Positions 24,600 to 38,900 are shown, counted from the first letter of the stretch. The stretch is DNA of 64,000 bases from Podarcis vaucheri (GCA_965113315.1 OZ220363.1), one strand, 5' to 3'. Numbers and translations: made by a program. Notes: generated by a model from the sequence alone, not told the origin.

Positions 24600-27500
24600 C
24601 TGCAAGGACACAAGCGGATATTAGCAAAATTCCATTGACCCAAATTTTACCACCATCAGATGTAGTTTGAGAAGTGGCTGTAGGTACCCTCGAAAAGCAC
24701 TCTTAATTTTCCACTACTGATTATATATAGAATTCACATTCTGAATTCATGTCCTCATTCCATTCAGAAAAGTAACAATGCAGCACAATGAGATCTGGCA
24801 ACAATGCAGAATTGCCCAACTGGATCTCAAAATCAACCCAGGGGCTGGAAGTATGCTGGGCCTGAAAAACTTGAAGGGGAAAGACAACACCTTGATTTTT
24901 GGTGCAGCGTCACTTAGGAGGACTCCAAAATGCTCCTTCCAATATCAGAACCACCATATGGGAATGCTTAGCCTCGTAGCCCTCCACTATGAGTTATTAA
25001 GGAATGCAACATTTCACTAGCCATCAGCAACAGCTAGTTTCTTTCCTGTTTGACAAGTAAGCCCCAAGGGCCTTTCAGGCACCTGTAAAATTTGTGTGCA
25101 ATGAAACATTACTTCTCTTTCCCTTACATATTAGTTACAACTTCGAAAACCTTTGCCGTAACCCCCATGAATTTGCATCATCCTCAAGAAGGGACAGGAG
25201 AAGCCACAGCAGTCGGCCTTTGCTTGGTCGTTATGGTAACCCATCCTTTTTCTTGTCTCCTTTGAAGATGATTTCGTTAGATATGTTATATTAGCTCCCA
25301 GCACCGAAGCTTCTGAATGACTGAAAAGCAAATGAAATTATATATTCGGCCTTGCAGGTGATGCAATGATTGTGTTTACATGTCCTGTACTTGTTTTTCT
25401 TTCCCAGGGTTTAATTTGAAAGTCTCTGCCTTGAATGCCAAAAACCTTGTGGGCGGAATCTATCACCAATCAAGAAAAGCTTCTGAACAGAGAAAGATTC
25501 ATTAAAATTATAGATGTCAGCCGCAGTGAGGAAGAAATGAGTGCTACGTTCTTATTATGACTTAGCTGGATACTGTTGTCTACTAATGATTTTGTCTGGG
25601 TTAATCTGAAGGCCACCTTCGCTGCCCAGTAAAAGACAACATAGCATGTTAACAAGAACAAAGAAAATGCAGGACGATACATGACATGGTTAGTTAAGAG
25701 ATTTCCCCATCACCAATACATTATTTGGTTTGTTTCCTCTGGACTAAACAAACAAATTAACCCTCACCATTCAGATCACCAGTGTTGGCAAAAGGGCAAT
25801 GTCTAACCCTCGAAGAGGGCTCTTGCCCTGGGCATGCCAGTTTATATCCCGTTTAATTTCATGTTCATTAGGATGTCCTCAAGCCACAGTCAGCCCTTCA
25901 TCACTTGGGTGAGCTCCTAAGATGAACAGAGCTAACATAAGCTGACGATGAAGAGAATCTCTCTCTGTACTGTTTTCCTAGAATTTCATTCCGAAGAGAA
26001 GTATCTGCATCACCTAAGGCTTTGTCATTAACATTTGTGAATGGTACCATTTGAAGCAGGTTTGTATTTTCAGGAGCATGGATTGTGAAGGGAAGGAGCT
26101 TTAACCCTTTGCCCCAGCCATGGGCCCAGTTGGAACTGCCCTCTCCCCCACCATGCCTGCTTTCCACAGAGGATTCCTATGACTGTGAGTGGTGAGAGGT
26201 TCCAGGAACAAAACTGCCAGGTTTAGGTTCTTTTGGATGAGAGTGCCCTGGAGACTTCAAAAGTTTGCTTTATTTGTAAGTGGAGCATAGTGGAAGCAAG
26301 CCATTGGAGCGGGTGGCCATCATATTGTGGGAAGGAATTCCACAGTGTAACTACGTGTTGTGTGAAGAAGCACCTCCTTTGTCCATCCACTTTTAATGGG
26401 TGGCAAAAAATCTGGATTCGACCAGTGACATGTGTGCACACATGTGGACCGGCATGAGACAAAGCAGATGGAGTCATTACGGGCACAGCTGTCACACACC
26501 AAAATGACTTGTGAACTGGGCTTGAGATGAAATTGCTTCTAGCCTTTTCCAGTAGGCAGACCTTCACAGTAAGATTCTAGGGTTAACCAAGAAATAGTTG
26601 GACTGAATTTTATGAGCCCTTTAACATTTTTGGGTGTATTTCATAGCCGGGCAGGCTGATCCTATGAACTGGTAGGAGAGGGTAAGTTTCCCCTGGGTGC
26701 TCTTGGTGTGAACTGTATGCCTGACGCTATAGACTGTGCTCTTAGCAATGCAGTAGCTCAATGGATGGTGCTGTAATCGTCCCTGTGAACCTGGAGACTC
26801 TTACCTGTAGAACAATTGCTGGCACTGAGAAAATCATGGCTTCATTAAACACTGGGTTTGTGTCATCTCTCTTTGTCGCAGTCTTCTTCTTACTGATCTT
26901 TCTCCCGTCTTGCAGCAAGTACACTTTGACAAAAGGATCTGATAGGATGGTAAGAAGAGGATGGTTTTTACTGGGTCCCCGGGGGAAACTGTTTCTTGTA
27001 TGCAGACTTAACCTCTGAAAAGATGTAGTATCTGAAGCTGGTGCTACTTTCAGTAAAACGCACCGCTATATTATTTAACAGCAGGTGTTTGTACAGGCAA
27101 GACATTCATATATGAGACTTAACTTTTTTTTTAGCTTAGTTTAGTTTTAAAGGGCTATAATCCACTCACAACATTTTGGAGAGCAAGGTAATATCCACAG
27201 GAAAAAACATACAAGTTAGAAGGACTGGTCATGTGCTCTTCACTTTTGATAACCAAGAGAAATCCACTTAATTAAAACTGGAAGCTAATTGATCACTTCT
27301 GAGGCTCTTCAAAGAGAATCACCCCCTACAGATATTCAGCTTCTGCTGATGGTTATTCAAGAAGCCCAAATAGGATGCCTGAGGGAGACTGTGGAACAGT
27401 TTATTACTACCCTGCTGAGGCAACTCAGAAGTTTTAAAATACCGTATTTTTTGCACCATAACACTCACTTTTTTCCTCCTAGAAAGTAAGGGGAAATGTC

Positions 27501-30500
27501 TGTGCGTGTTATGGAGGAAATGCCTACGGGTGGCATGCCTACAGATTTTCCTCCTCTAAAAACTACGTGCGTGTTATGGTCGGGTGCATGTTATAGAGCG
27601 AAAAATACGGTATTAGATGAAATTTGTTTTCAGTGGGTCTGCCCTGGATGCTATGATGGAGCCAGCTTAAAGGTGAGTATGTCTGAGTCTGTGCACCTTA
27701 AGGTGCCTTACTTTCCCCTCTGAGTGGCATAACCTCACCACATGCAGCTGAAACTATAGGGCAGGCCCTCTAGAATCGCAGATTGGCACCAAGACAGATT
27801 TGATTCCCAGCTCATCTCCTCCTAACAACTAACCACTAAGAACAAGGAATGCCCAGAGCTTGACAGCAGTCTGTAGGAGAGCACTAAAGAAGACACTGAG
27901 GTCCAAACTAAATGTCATGGGGGAGACAATGCATAATGAATGCATTTATGTCTCTCTCTCTACATTTCTTTCAATTGGCCCAATTGTAAGGAACAATTGG
28001 GACTGTGACCCATTTCTCCCCACACTATTTTCACAATAAAAATTGTGATCACAGGCACGACTACTTTACCCACTGTGGACTAAGGCAACATCTTCACATT
28101 CTATCCAGTCACAGCTGCAGGGCAGGGCGGAGGAGCTTTGCAAAACTGTTTACTGACCTGCAGTCATTTTCCCATTGGTCCACACAAGATTCTTGGCCTT
28201 AACCACAACTACTGTCAACCGCTCTGCCGTTGGGAGATAGCTAAGAGAAAGCAGAATTTCACCCACTGAATCAGTTGCCTGCAGGGAATAAGAAGGAGAC
28301 AGGTGACTGCTCATTAAATGGCCTTATAACAAAATGAATGGTAGAGATTACTACTCTAGCTCAAGGCAGTGGGGAACATTGGAAAGCAACTGAGCTATAT
28401 AAAAAGGTAGCATTTGAGGGCAAATGCCCTCAACATTTGAGGGCCATTTCAGTCAATTTCGATGGTTGCCAAGGGCACCACTATCCGAAGGGGCTGAATA
28501 TCCTTGCCCCATATCCTTGCCCCACCCATTCTCCAGAACCCTACTGCCCTCTGCCCTGCTACAATAAGCTACCTTGTTCATGTCCTGTAGATACAGCCAT
28601 GCATTGAAGGGCCTGATGGAGAGATCCAAGTCTGACAACTTCAGCTCAGCGACTCCAGTGCTGATGTTCCTTTCGTCTTCATCTATGCCAAAGATGGAAA
28701 ACCTCAAGCTGTTTTCTTCGAGTGCAGAAGGGTCCAAGGGGATTGAAAACCTCTCATCGAAGAAGACTGAGTAGGCAGTCCTTTGGATCTGCACAGATAA
28801 AAAGGAAGCACAGGAGAGGGTTGAAATGCCAGGTGAGGAAAAAACACAGGAACATAGGAAGCTGCTATATGTGCAGACGTGAATGGCACAGGGATATCAG
28901 TTGACAGAAGGCCAGCAAAATACATTCTTGAGAAAACTTCTGCTCCTGGAAACACAGAGGCTGTGCACACACTATACCTTCAAAGGATATTCAGAGCACA
29001 TTCTTTCCCTCCAAGAATACTGTTAAGAACTGCTGGGAATTGTAACTCCATGGGGGGTAAACTATAGTGCCGAGTAGTGTGTACACAGCCTAACACACTT
29101 TCAACAGATCAGCATCTCTGAAGATTCACCGTTTCAAAGCCCAGCAAATGGAAAGGAACACTGGAACGACACATTCAAACACCACACATATATCATAATA
29201 TCACAAATGGACGGATTTGGTAACTGGTGCAGAATCAACAATCAAGTTTTTCAGTTTTCTTTTCCCTTCCCCCTCATTTTTCACCTTTATGGCAGTGAAA
29301 TTTCTAAAGCGAGAGGGTAGCTGAATAGGATTTCCACTCCACTCCACATCTAGGTGAAGCAGAATGAATGTACAAAATAAAAGCAACTGTTTTCTTTTTC
29401 TTCCACTTCCGTCCTCATTTTATCCTCACAATAACCTCACGACTTGGACCTTTGCAAATGCAGTGAGATTTATGGTTCAGCAGATATTTAAACTCAGGTT
29501 TCCCTTGGGTCTCCTCTAACCACTATACCACATAGTCTCTCCACATAGAGAGCCAGTGTGGTGTAGTGGTTCACGTAATCTGGTGAACCGGGTTCGTGTC
29601 TCCGTTCCTCCACATGCAGCTGCTGGGTGACCTTGGGCCAGTCACACTTCTGTGAAGTCTCTCAGCCCCACTCACCTCACAGAGTGTTTGTTGTGGGGGA
29701 GGAAGGGAAAGGAGAATGTTAGCTGCTTTGAGACTCCTGAAGGGGAGTGAAAGGCGGGATATCAAATCCAAACTCTTCTTCTTCTTCTTCTTCTTCTTCT
29801 TCTTCTTCTTCTATGTGCAAATGTGCTTAATTTATTCTAGTTGCAAGATTTGGATCTTTCCCCCAGCTCTGTTCTAGAAATACAGGCATTAATGTAACTT
29901 ATCTGAGAAGACAAACAAGCAGTTATTTGGGTGCCAGTGTCAATCTGTGCTACCTAAGGACCTGTGCCCTTCAACTATTTGCCTAGGATACACTTCCTCT
30001 GTTTCTGCCTCTTGGGATGTCCCACGTGCTCTTGATCTGCACTGATGACCTTCCAACTACGTATTGATCTTCTTCAGGTTCCATGCTGTCAGGTCTCCTT
30101 TTATACATATCACCTGCTGCTGCCAGCTGAGCACCACTGCTGTCCTGTTCTCTCAGGGACACCTTCCACACACTCAGGTAGAAGGGAACTCCCAAGCAAC
30201 CGGCTTGCTCCATGTGCAAAATCCATAACATTGGTTTCTGTCGGTGATTCCGCTCTGAATAATGTGTTTCGTGCACTTTGCTGATTAGAGCATTTTCCTT
30301 GTGCCCACTTTCCAGAGCATTTGCACTGCACGATTCATGATTTAGCTGCTTAAGCAATAGTAATACAGTTTCTGAAATACGGAATCTTGTGCCCAGAATG
30401 GCTCCCTAAGGCACAGCCAATCATTACATGCAGGCGGACACACATTGTCATAACGCAGACACTGGCCAGGAGATGCTGGATGGGTTAACTTACTTCTGAG

Positions 30501-32874
30501 GGATGGCCTCAAACCTCTCAGCCACATTGGCCATGTTTGCGTGGTTTAAATGTGAATAAACAGACAGCTGGTCCCTGCTGCTTTAAAGTCCCCATTTCGC
30601 TCTTAGCTGCTAGCCTGGGAGCAACAAACAGCAAGGTTTGGCTTTACTGTCTGAGCTGAGGCACACATTTTGTTTCTCCTCAAACAAACCACAAACCTCT
30701 GTTCAGAGCCCACGAAAAGCTAATAATAATTTATAATTATTTGTACCCTGCCCATCCAGCTGGGCCTCCCCAGCTAAACCCTGTCGTTGTTGTTCCTGGA
30801 GGTGGCAAAGTCAGGAGATGGGAAGATGGCACCTTCTTCATGCAGAAATCCCCTCTTCAACGCAACCATTAAGAGTGCAGGAGCCTTGCCCCCCCCCCTT
30901 TCTCACGGGGGCCTTGCAACTTGAAGACATCCAATACAAAATAGGAATGGGTCAGGTTTTCTCATGTTCTGAGTGCCTCTCCATGATCTGACCCTCTCTC
31001 CCTCACAAGATGCTAGTTATACTGTCCCAAAAATGGTGGGGGGCGGGGGGGGAATGCCTTAGATAGTGGGTAAAAGTAACACAGCCCTCACTTCCTGTTT
31101 CCACTTGAAACCTGCCATTTGGGGTTGAAGGACATTATACAGAAAGGGAGAGTTCTCTGTGGGCAATGCCAGATTTTCCTAGTATGAATTGCCACCAAAA
31201 GAGTTAAGATTAGTTGGAAACAGAACAAGCCAAACAAAAACGATACTGCTGTGTACACCCTAGACCTTTAAAATACATTTGAAGCACAATTATTTTCCTC
31301 AAAGTATTATGGGCAGTTTGGCCCCCCCCCCAACAAAATTACAATCCCCAGCAACCCTTTAAAGGCATGGTGCATACAGGGAGAGGAGGACCCTGTGGAA
31401 AACCTTCCTATAAAGAAATCTTGCACCCTGTTTGTAGTAACCGAGAGCCCTTACTTCTCTACGTGACTTCAGACTCAGAGACAAAGCAGTAAGAAGGCAT
31501 TTGCTGCTTACACAGACAAAGAGGCGGCACATTTTGTGGTCTTGTGGAAATGAAAATGGCTGTTGCCCTCTCCCCACCCCCACCCCAAGCAGCCAGCTCA
31601 TGCACGTTTCTCCACACAGTCATGCCCCCAAAGAGAATAGCATCTGCATAAAAAGGCAGGCAGAACTTGCTTGTGTGAGCCAGCTGTTAAAGATACAGTG
31701 GTGCTCCGCAAGACGAAAAACCCTCTAGACGAAAGGGTTTTCCGTTTTTGAGCTGCTTCGCAAGACAAATTTCCCTATGGGCTTGCTTCGCAAGACGAAA
31801 ACATCTTGAAAGTCTTGCGATTTTTTTCGCTCCCCCCCCCTTTTCTAAGCCGCTAAGCCGCTAAGAGCCTTTTAGCCGCTAAGCCTTTAATAGTCGCTAA
31901 ACCACTAATAGCACTAATCCGCTAAGCCGCTAATAGGGTTGCTTCGCAAGACGAAAAAACCGCTAGATGAAGAGACTCGCGGAACGGATTATTTTCGTCT
32001 TGCGAGGCACCACTGTACATAAAGGCAGCATCTCTGGATTTCATCTCACCCAGGGATTTATTTGGGGCTCTTGGACTTTCTTTTTCCAGGCTGCATCCCA
32101 AATGACTTTTTAGTGCACATGAGCAGAGAACAGGAAACGAGCAATGAAAGGATAATCTGCATGCCTGGGGAAAGACATGGAAGCTTTGAGCTGGCTTAAG
32201 GGTGGTGGTGGTGGGGCTTGCCCTATAAGCACATTTTTTTCTGGGAAATGACCACATCATGCTTTCATGTGTCTTAGGACAGAGGAAGGAAGGTGCAAGG
32301 AGAAGCAGAAGCCTCTCTCTAGGCTGGCCAGGAACAAGAGCTACCTTCCATCTTCAATATTTCTGCCGAAGGGGAGTTTCTGTGGGCACCACTTACAATC
32401 TCTGGGAGCTTGGCAAGTGTGAGAAGAGCTGTGCCAGATGAACTGATTAGTAGCTATGTGGATGCAGGACAAAGGGCAGGAACACAGACATCCCCACTGC
32501 TTCACACATTCAGAACAGTGCCTCCTCCATATTTGCACTGAGAGTTGGAACTCCCTCCCAGGGGAAAGCTATTCCACCCCATCTGTCAGCCTTCCAGGAA
32601 AAAGGCTGTGCTGTTCCCAAGGGCATTCAAAATCCTCTTGAGTTTAAAGGGATCCCCCTTCCTGACTGCTCTCTTTTCTTTCTTATGGCTTTTGGTTTTT
32701 GTTTACTGCCACTGCCTAATTGATTAATTAGTTGCTGGTTGGCTGCTTCTTGTGCTTCAGTTTGTATTAATAGGTATTTTGTGTTTAAATACTGTCAGCT
32801 GCCTTGAATATCATTTTGCTTCAAAAAAGGAAAGACAGGATATACGCATTTTAAAATAAAGTAAGAAAAATATT

Positions 32875-32913
<39 letters not shown>

Positions 32914-35900
32914 TCTGTGATGAGATCCCTCACTTCTTTTCCTTTGCTTAAAGAAAAAGCTATGGGGAGAGGCTGACTTGGATTGTGTCCACAGCTCTAG
33001 GGAAGGGGGTTAACCCCTTTCCCCCTGCACCATTTCCCCTATTTGAATCACCCCTTTCCAACTGCTGCAGAGAAGGTAAAGACAGGGTCATAAATGTGAC
33101 AGATTAAACCTAACAAGCAAATGATGCCTATTTGCATTCCACTAGTGTTAAGACTTAACCACTGCATATATTAAAAGGCCTGGGGAACATAGCTCAAGGT
33201 CACTTGACAGCCGAGCCCATTTTTCATCCGGGATACCACCACCCCCTCACATAATTTGGTAAGGGACTATGCACATGCCTAAAGGCACCCTTTGTTATTA
33301 GTTTTTCTGCTCTGGTGCTTAAGCCTGGCTCAGAGCCAGCATGGAATAAAGCTCAGAGTGTCAAGACTAAGGCTGTGGATTCAAATCTGTGCTCAGGCAT
33401 GAAGTCGGCTGGGTGATCTAGGGCCAATTACTGTCTCTCAGAGAGGAATTGTGAAGATCAGCTCATGGGAGGGAAGATGGGAATTAAATGTTGCAAAGTA
33501 AGTGCTTTAATCAGAATCAGGACCAAGCCCTGGACGCTGAGCAAATCACACCCACCCACCCACCCGCCCCTTCAGGCTTATATTTTGATCACCAGTAGGA
33601 AAAGAACATTTAACTCCTAATCCTCACTTCACACTGCAATTAACAAAGGAGACACATCATACTGAGGGAAGATTTCAGATACAAATTAGAAGATTCCCCC
33701 CCCCCCTTGGCCTGCCTCTGAGAATGTAAATTTACAAAGTGAACCACCTCCTCCTCCTTGCCTGCTTCTGTCTCCCATTCTGAGGGTGCGTGGGAGGTTT
33801 GCTAAATAAATGATCAACCATGCAGCACAAAGTCAAAGAGGCAGACGCTTTGGTATTTGAAAGGAAATACTGTAAACAATGTCCATTCATAAGAGAATCT
33901 TCCTTCCTTCCCAACCACCCAACCACCTACCCCTTCCCCCATTTTCTCCCACCCCCCACTGATGAACTTATCAATGCTGAGCTGCTCATTGCATCAGCTT
34001 CCACCTCACTGAAGCAAGAGCTGCAATTTCAGTCAAAAATCTTCAGGGGGGAAAGACATTTTCTGCAGCTATTTTCTACAGTAGGGCCACCAGCATGACA
34101 AGAATGCATGCTAGAAACGGCGACCCCTTTTGTACTGCCATGCTCCAAGCCTTGTGATTTGGAAGCAATCATGGACAAAATCTTCTTCTAATCGACACCA
34201 GCCTCCCCAAGTTCACCTCCCTCCAGGTGTTCTTGGACTATGGCCCCTCATCAGACCCAGCCAGCATGGCCAACCATCAAAGATGATGGGGACTGCAGTT
34301 CAAAAAAATTGGAGGGCACCACGTTCAGGAAGTCTGGTCTACAAATATGTGGCCACTGCTCCACTAGTGCAAGATATGGAACCTACACCGCTTTCCTCCC
34401 TTCCAGGGGCTGTTCTGAGGGTTCACTTGACCCGCCACCAGAGCTAATTTGGGGGTGGGCAGGGAGAAGAGAGGGGAAAGGCCCTGTTGCACTAGTGGAA
34501 GTCATTGCATGGGCTTCCACAAGTAGAGCTAGTTAGCAGAACCCTGCCCTCAGGCTATTGTGACCACTCTCTACCATCCTGTTCCTTGGAAGTCCCTGCA
34601 TTTCATCCTTATGTACTGCAAAATAAAAATATTCCATCCTGCTCTTAAATATGCTGCCCAAACTCTCTTTGATAACTAATAAAGATATGGGTGTGCTGTC
34701 TTCTTCTCCTACTTCTTGGGTCACCCTACTTTCCATGCTCTACTTTCACCCTACATTTAGTGCACTATCATGAATGTCAGAAGCAGGAAAAAGGTGTCAT
34801 GATTCGATGAAGAATTTTCAAAGCTTCCTAGATGAAGCATGTGCCCCTCCGTGCAAAACAGGTGGTCACCTACAGCCTCTTCAAACCTTGGGAATGGCAA
34901 AGCAGTCACCAATTTCCTGTCTTTGCCTTCACTTCTTCTCAGATGCTCTTGTTCCTGCACACTCATGACATTTTGCCCTCCCTGGTGCTTTTTCTCATCC
35001 TTAAGAACACCCGAAGGACCAGGATTTTCACATCAGGTTGCCCTCATTCTCCATCCTTTCTAGGTCTTATTTGATTCTTCACCTTGCTCGGTAGTACATT
35101 ACTAGTCACCTTTCTGGGCAAACCTGCTGCTTGGGAAAGCCTTGCAACACATTTGTGGAGCCAGCCATTGCCACAGAGAAGCTAGCTATTGTTAGCTTTT
35201 AGAAGCAGAGTCACTTCACTTATGGGTGTTTCAGTTATCAATATTGCCATCATATTTGTATTAAAAAGCACAAATTCTGCCGCAGGCTTAAAACCTAACC
35301 AATTCTCCTCCCACCTGCTAAAAAACAAGAAACAAAATCCCACAGATAAAGAAACAAAACACATTTACAACATGCAAACTCCGCCCCCCCAGTCAATTAG
35401 GAATAGAGAAAGGTTTCAAGCAAAAGAGTATGCAGAGTTCTGATGATATCAGGTCAGGATAAGTTTTCATGGCTTTCCACATGCTAAAACAGAGGGAGAG
35501 GTACAGACAGCCTGGTAAAATGAGTTCCAGGGAAAGGGGACAGCAAGAGAGAAGGGAAGGAAGGAGGCGGGGGGGGGGGGTTAATCCAATCCATAGACTG
35601 ATGGGCACAACTAAGACGACAAGAATACAAGTAAAGAAGAAGAGAAGGATAAGGCAGAAGAACAAAGAGCCCTTTGAACAAAAAGAAGTAAAAGCGGATC
35701 TGGCAAGCAAACAGGAGTCCTGGAGGGCGTGTAACAATGTGGAAACGGGAAGAAAATAGAGTATTGAAAAAGCCAACCAGGCAGAAGAACTGAGATCAAA
35801 TGAGGACTGGCTGAGGTGGTCCAGAAAGAATAAATGAGTGGTACAGTGACACTGCAGTAGAACTCAATATCCACAAAATGTCTTTTAAATAGAAAGAGCG

Positions 35901-38900
35901 AGCAGTATTTGAAAAGTGAAAATGGCCTATTGAAAAAAAAACTTTGGGTTGGGGAAGGTGGATTATTCCAACTGGATTACAGAGAAGCACAGAAGTTGCA
36001 TTATACCCCTGGACCAAGCTGGAGAAGAAAAAAACAAGTTTGAACCACTTATGAAATCAGATTTCCGGCTTATTGTTATTTGCTGTTAACGAGCTCACGC
36101 ACATTGCCCAATCATTCCTCCCCTGGTGTAACTGGTAAAAAGGAGCTGCAACTAAGGCTGGCTTCCCATTATATTAAAACAGGGGTTAGTGGCTTGTTGT
36201 TCCTCAGCAAGCCAGAAACAAGCCATGACTTTGGTTGTTGGCTTGTGCTCATGGCTCATCAGGGAGCAAGAAACCACAAACCCTGGTTAGGATTGTAATG
36301 GGAAGCCAAGCTTCACTGTGGCTTCCAGGTCTGTTTATCCTACTTGAACCAACCGAGGACCAAATTGGGAGTGATCAGACATCACTGCTTGTTCATAATA
36401 AATCACAGCAAGCCAGGAAGTGGGCGTCACGCATGAATGCAGCCTGTGTGTCTTCTGTGGAAGAAAGGATATGGCTAGGCAGGACACTTTACCAGCCAAG
36501 AGTTCAGATATGGCAGGCGTGCTCAACAACTTTGACCTGAAGCCCCCAAAAGGGGGTAGATCACTGCCAGTTTTTAACTCTGTGAGTAGATCGCAGTCTC
36601 TTGGAAGTTGGCCACCCCTGTGAAATGGCATATGAGTGATCCCTTTGAAGGCTGAAAATCATTAGAAAATCTTTCTACTTGCACAGCCTGGTGTAAGAGG
36701 CTCTTGTTTTAAAATCACTGCAAAGTACTGACAGTTCCCACTGAAATCTCTATGGGTTTTAGTGACTGGTGTATGTCGCACTGAAACATTTTTTCCTGTT
36801 ATACCTTCCTGGGTCTGTGGAGCATGATGCAGCAGCACCAGAAAATGGCATTCTCAACTCCCTGTCTGGGCCTAGCACTGTCACTCCCCGCAGTTACATC
36901 AGATTTCCCTGGCTGGCTTCTAATTTTCTCAGCTAATTAGGCAAATGGAAGAGCTTTTCATCAGCTGTGTTGTCCTTATATCACTTCACTGCCGAGTCTG
37001 CCCTGGTCAGCAGCAAATAGATGAACAAGCTCAGCAACATGAAAAGGCAAGAGACAGGTTTCCATGTGCGGGATAAGATAATATAACCTATATCCTCCTA
37101 ATTACCATGTTGCATGGGGGTCTGCAGCTTGACTTTAAAGAAACCGAACCTGTTTGTTGACTGAAATAGGGGGAGCAAATTAAGGAATGTTCCACCCAGT
37201 TCCACCAGTCACAACAAAGGACACTTTGTCAGTATCTCATCATACATGCTAGTTTTCTTATTGGATATCTCAAGATGTTGCATCTTTGCAAAAGTGTTAA
37301 TAATGCAATTGTCAAGAAGATCCTGATTTATATAAGGCTGGTACACTGCTTATCATGGAATATTTCACTGATCATGGCTAGGATTCCAGAGGAGCCTAAG
37401 GGTGCAATCCAGATCTACATAACGTTAAGAGTGAACCTACTGTAGAAGCATCCCCACCATGTTTTGGACAGACATGTGGTCTTCTCTCCTGGGGAAAACC
37501 CTTCTTGTTGCATCTTTGCACAACCAGTGACATCACTTATTTATTTGTTCCTGCCCAAAAGGCTTTTTCAACATTTCAAAGAAATAATTCCACTTGTTTG
37601 CTTTAAAAGAAGGGGCAAATGTACAATTAATTGAAAATGGGGCTTTAAAATTTAAAAGTAGCTAGGCCACCTATATGAAGCATTTAGGGCGAGGAACAAA
37701 ACAGGAGGCAATTATGTGAGCAAAACCTGCAGCAGCTCTTGATTTGTATGCTATTCTATGATTGCCTGTAGGCTCAAGGCATCCCTAGTTTTATCCTCTG
37801 GGAAGAACAAGGATGATTGGCTGCATGCATGTACAGGACTAGACAGACATTCATCCATTCAACTTGTCTTGTCCTTTATGGTCATCAAGTCCTCAGTGCC
37901 TGATATTTTCTAAGGAGCCCAATGCTCAGAGACATTGACAACTATCACAATGAATGTGCAGAATCTGCCATTTGCAGACTCTTGTGAAGTTAAGCACAGC
38001 CACCATGCTGCCCACAAAGGAACAGAGAGGTTTATGACAGCCCTGTATTTAAGCACTCACCTGGTACTCATTGGAGACAATGAATGGTATACAGATGAGT
38101 GAGCAGAATGGGGGGGAGGGCGGCGGCGAGGAAGATAGGGGACAAAGTGTGCCTATCATAGGAACAGAGAAGGCCATTGAAAGAGGGTTGGAACTCTCTA
38201 TCCCTCCTCTGCTAGCCCCAGATGACTAGTAAACAGTTCTGCAGGCTGGTAACTTCAGTTCGCAGATTTACAAGGCTGGCTTATGCCATGAATTCAAGAA
38301 TGCAAGATAAATGAATGTACTGTACTGGTGCCGCCTGATAAAGGGAAACCAGTCTTCAGGCTTGTAAACAGCCACATACCTGGTCTCCTGTGGCAAGCAC
38401 GAATCTCCTCCAGGAAACCAAGCAGGAAAGCTTGACAAAACGTGGTCCTTTTCTCTAAAATTACATGTGGGCAGACATGCGTTTGTGGGCTTGTTTCAAG
38501 TTTGCCAGTCTCCTGCCTCTTGATAGTACTTCTTCACACGCTTCTGACATTTGCTGGCTGAGTGAGGGCAGACTGTCTGCCACTCTGTCTGGGAACAGCT
38601 CCTGACCACTTTGGCATTCTCTCTCCCACCTAATTTTTGCTTGGACACTGTGTGATCGAGAAATTGTCTTCCTGCTGTTTCCCAAGACCCTTTCTGCCAA
38701 GGAGCACCTCCCTAATGAAGCCTTTGGGGCTTGAGCTGCTCTGCCTGATACGCTGCTGAGTTTCTTCCATCCTCCTCCCTCTAGCATATCTGGCTGCCTG
38801 GCACAAGCCCCTCTGGTGCTTGGAAAAGACAGAATTAGCCCAGAGAACACAGCAAGAGAAGCAAGCATTAAATTTTCATCGTTTCTCAGTAGTAGGGCAG

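Noticed and set aside
9768-27723. Two ORFs (9768-10013 and 27496-27723) sharing the peptide [31 protein letters not shown], suggesting a duplicated small gene
   Set aside because: The shared part lies entirely within two copies of a 169-bp TIR/TA-flanked MITE, and similarity ends at the TIR.
35393-35776. Overlapping K/R/E-rich and hydrophobic ORFs on both strands
   Set aside because: Explained by low-complexity purine/pyrimidine strand bias, which depletes stop codons.
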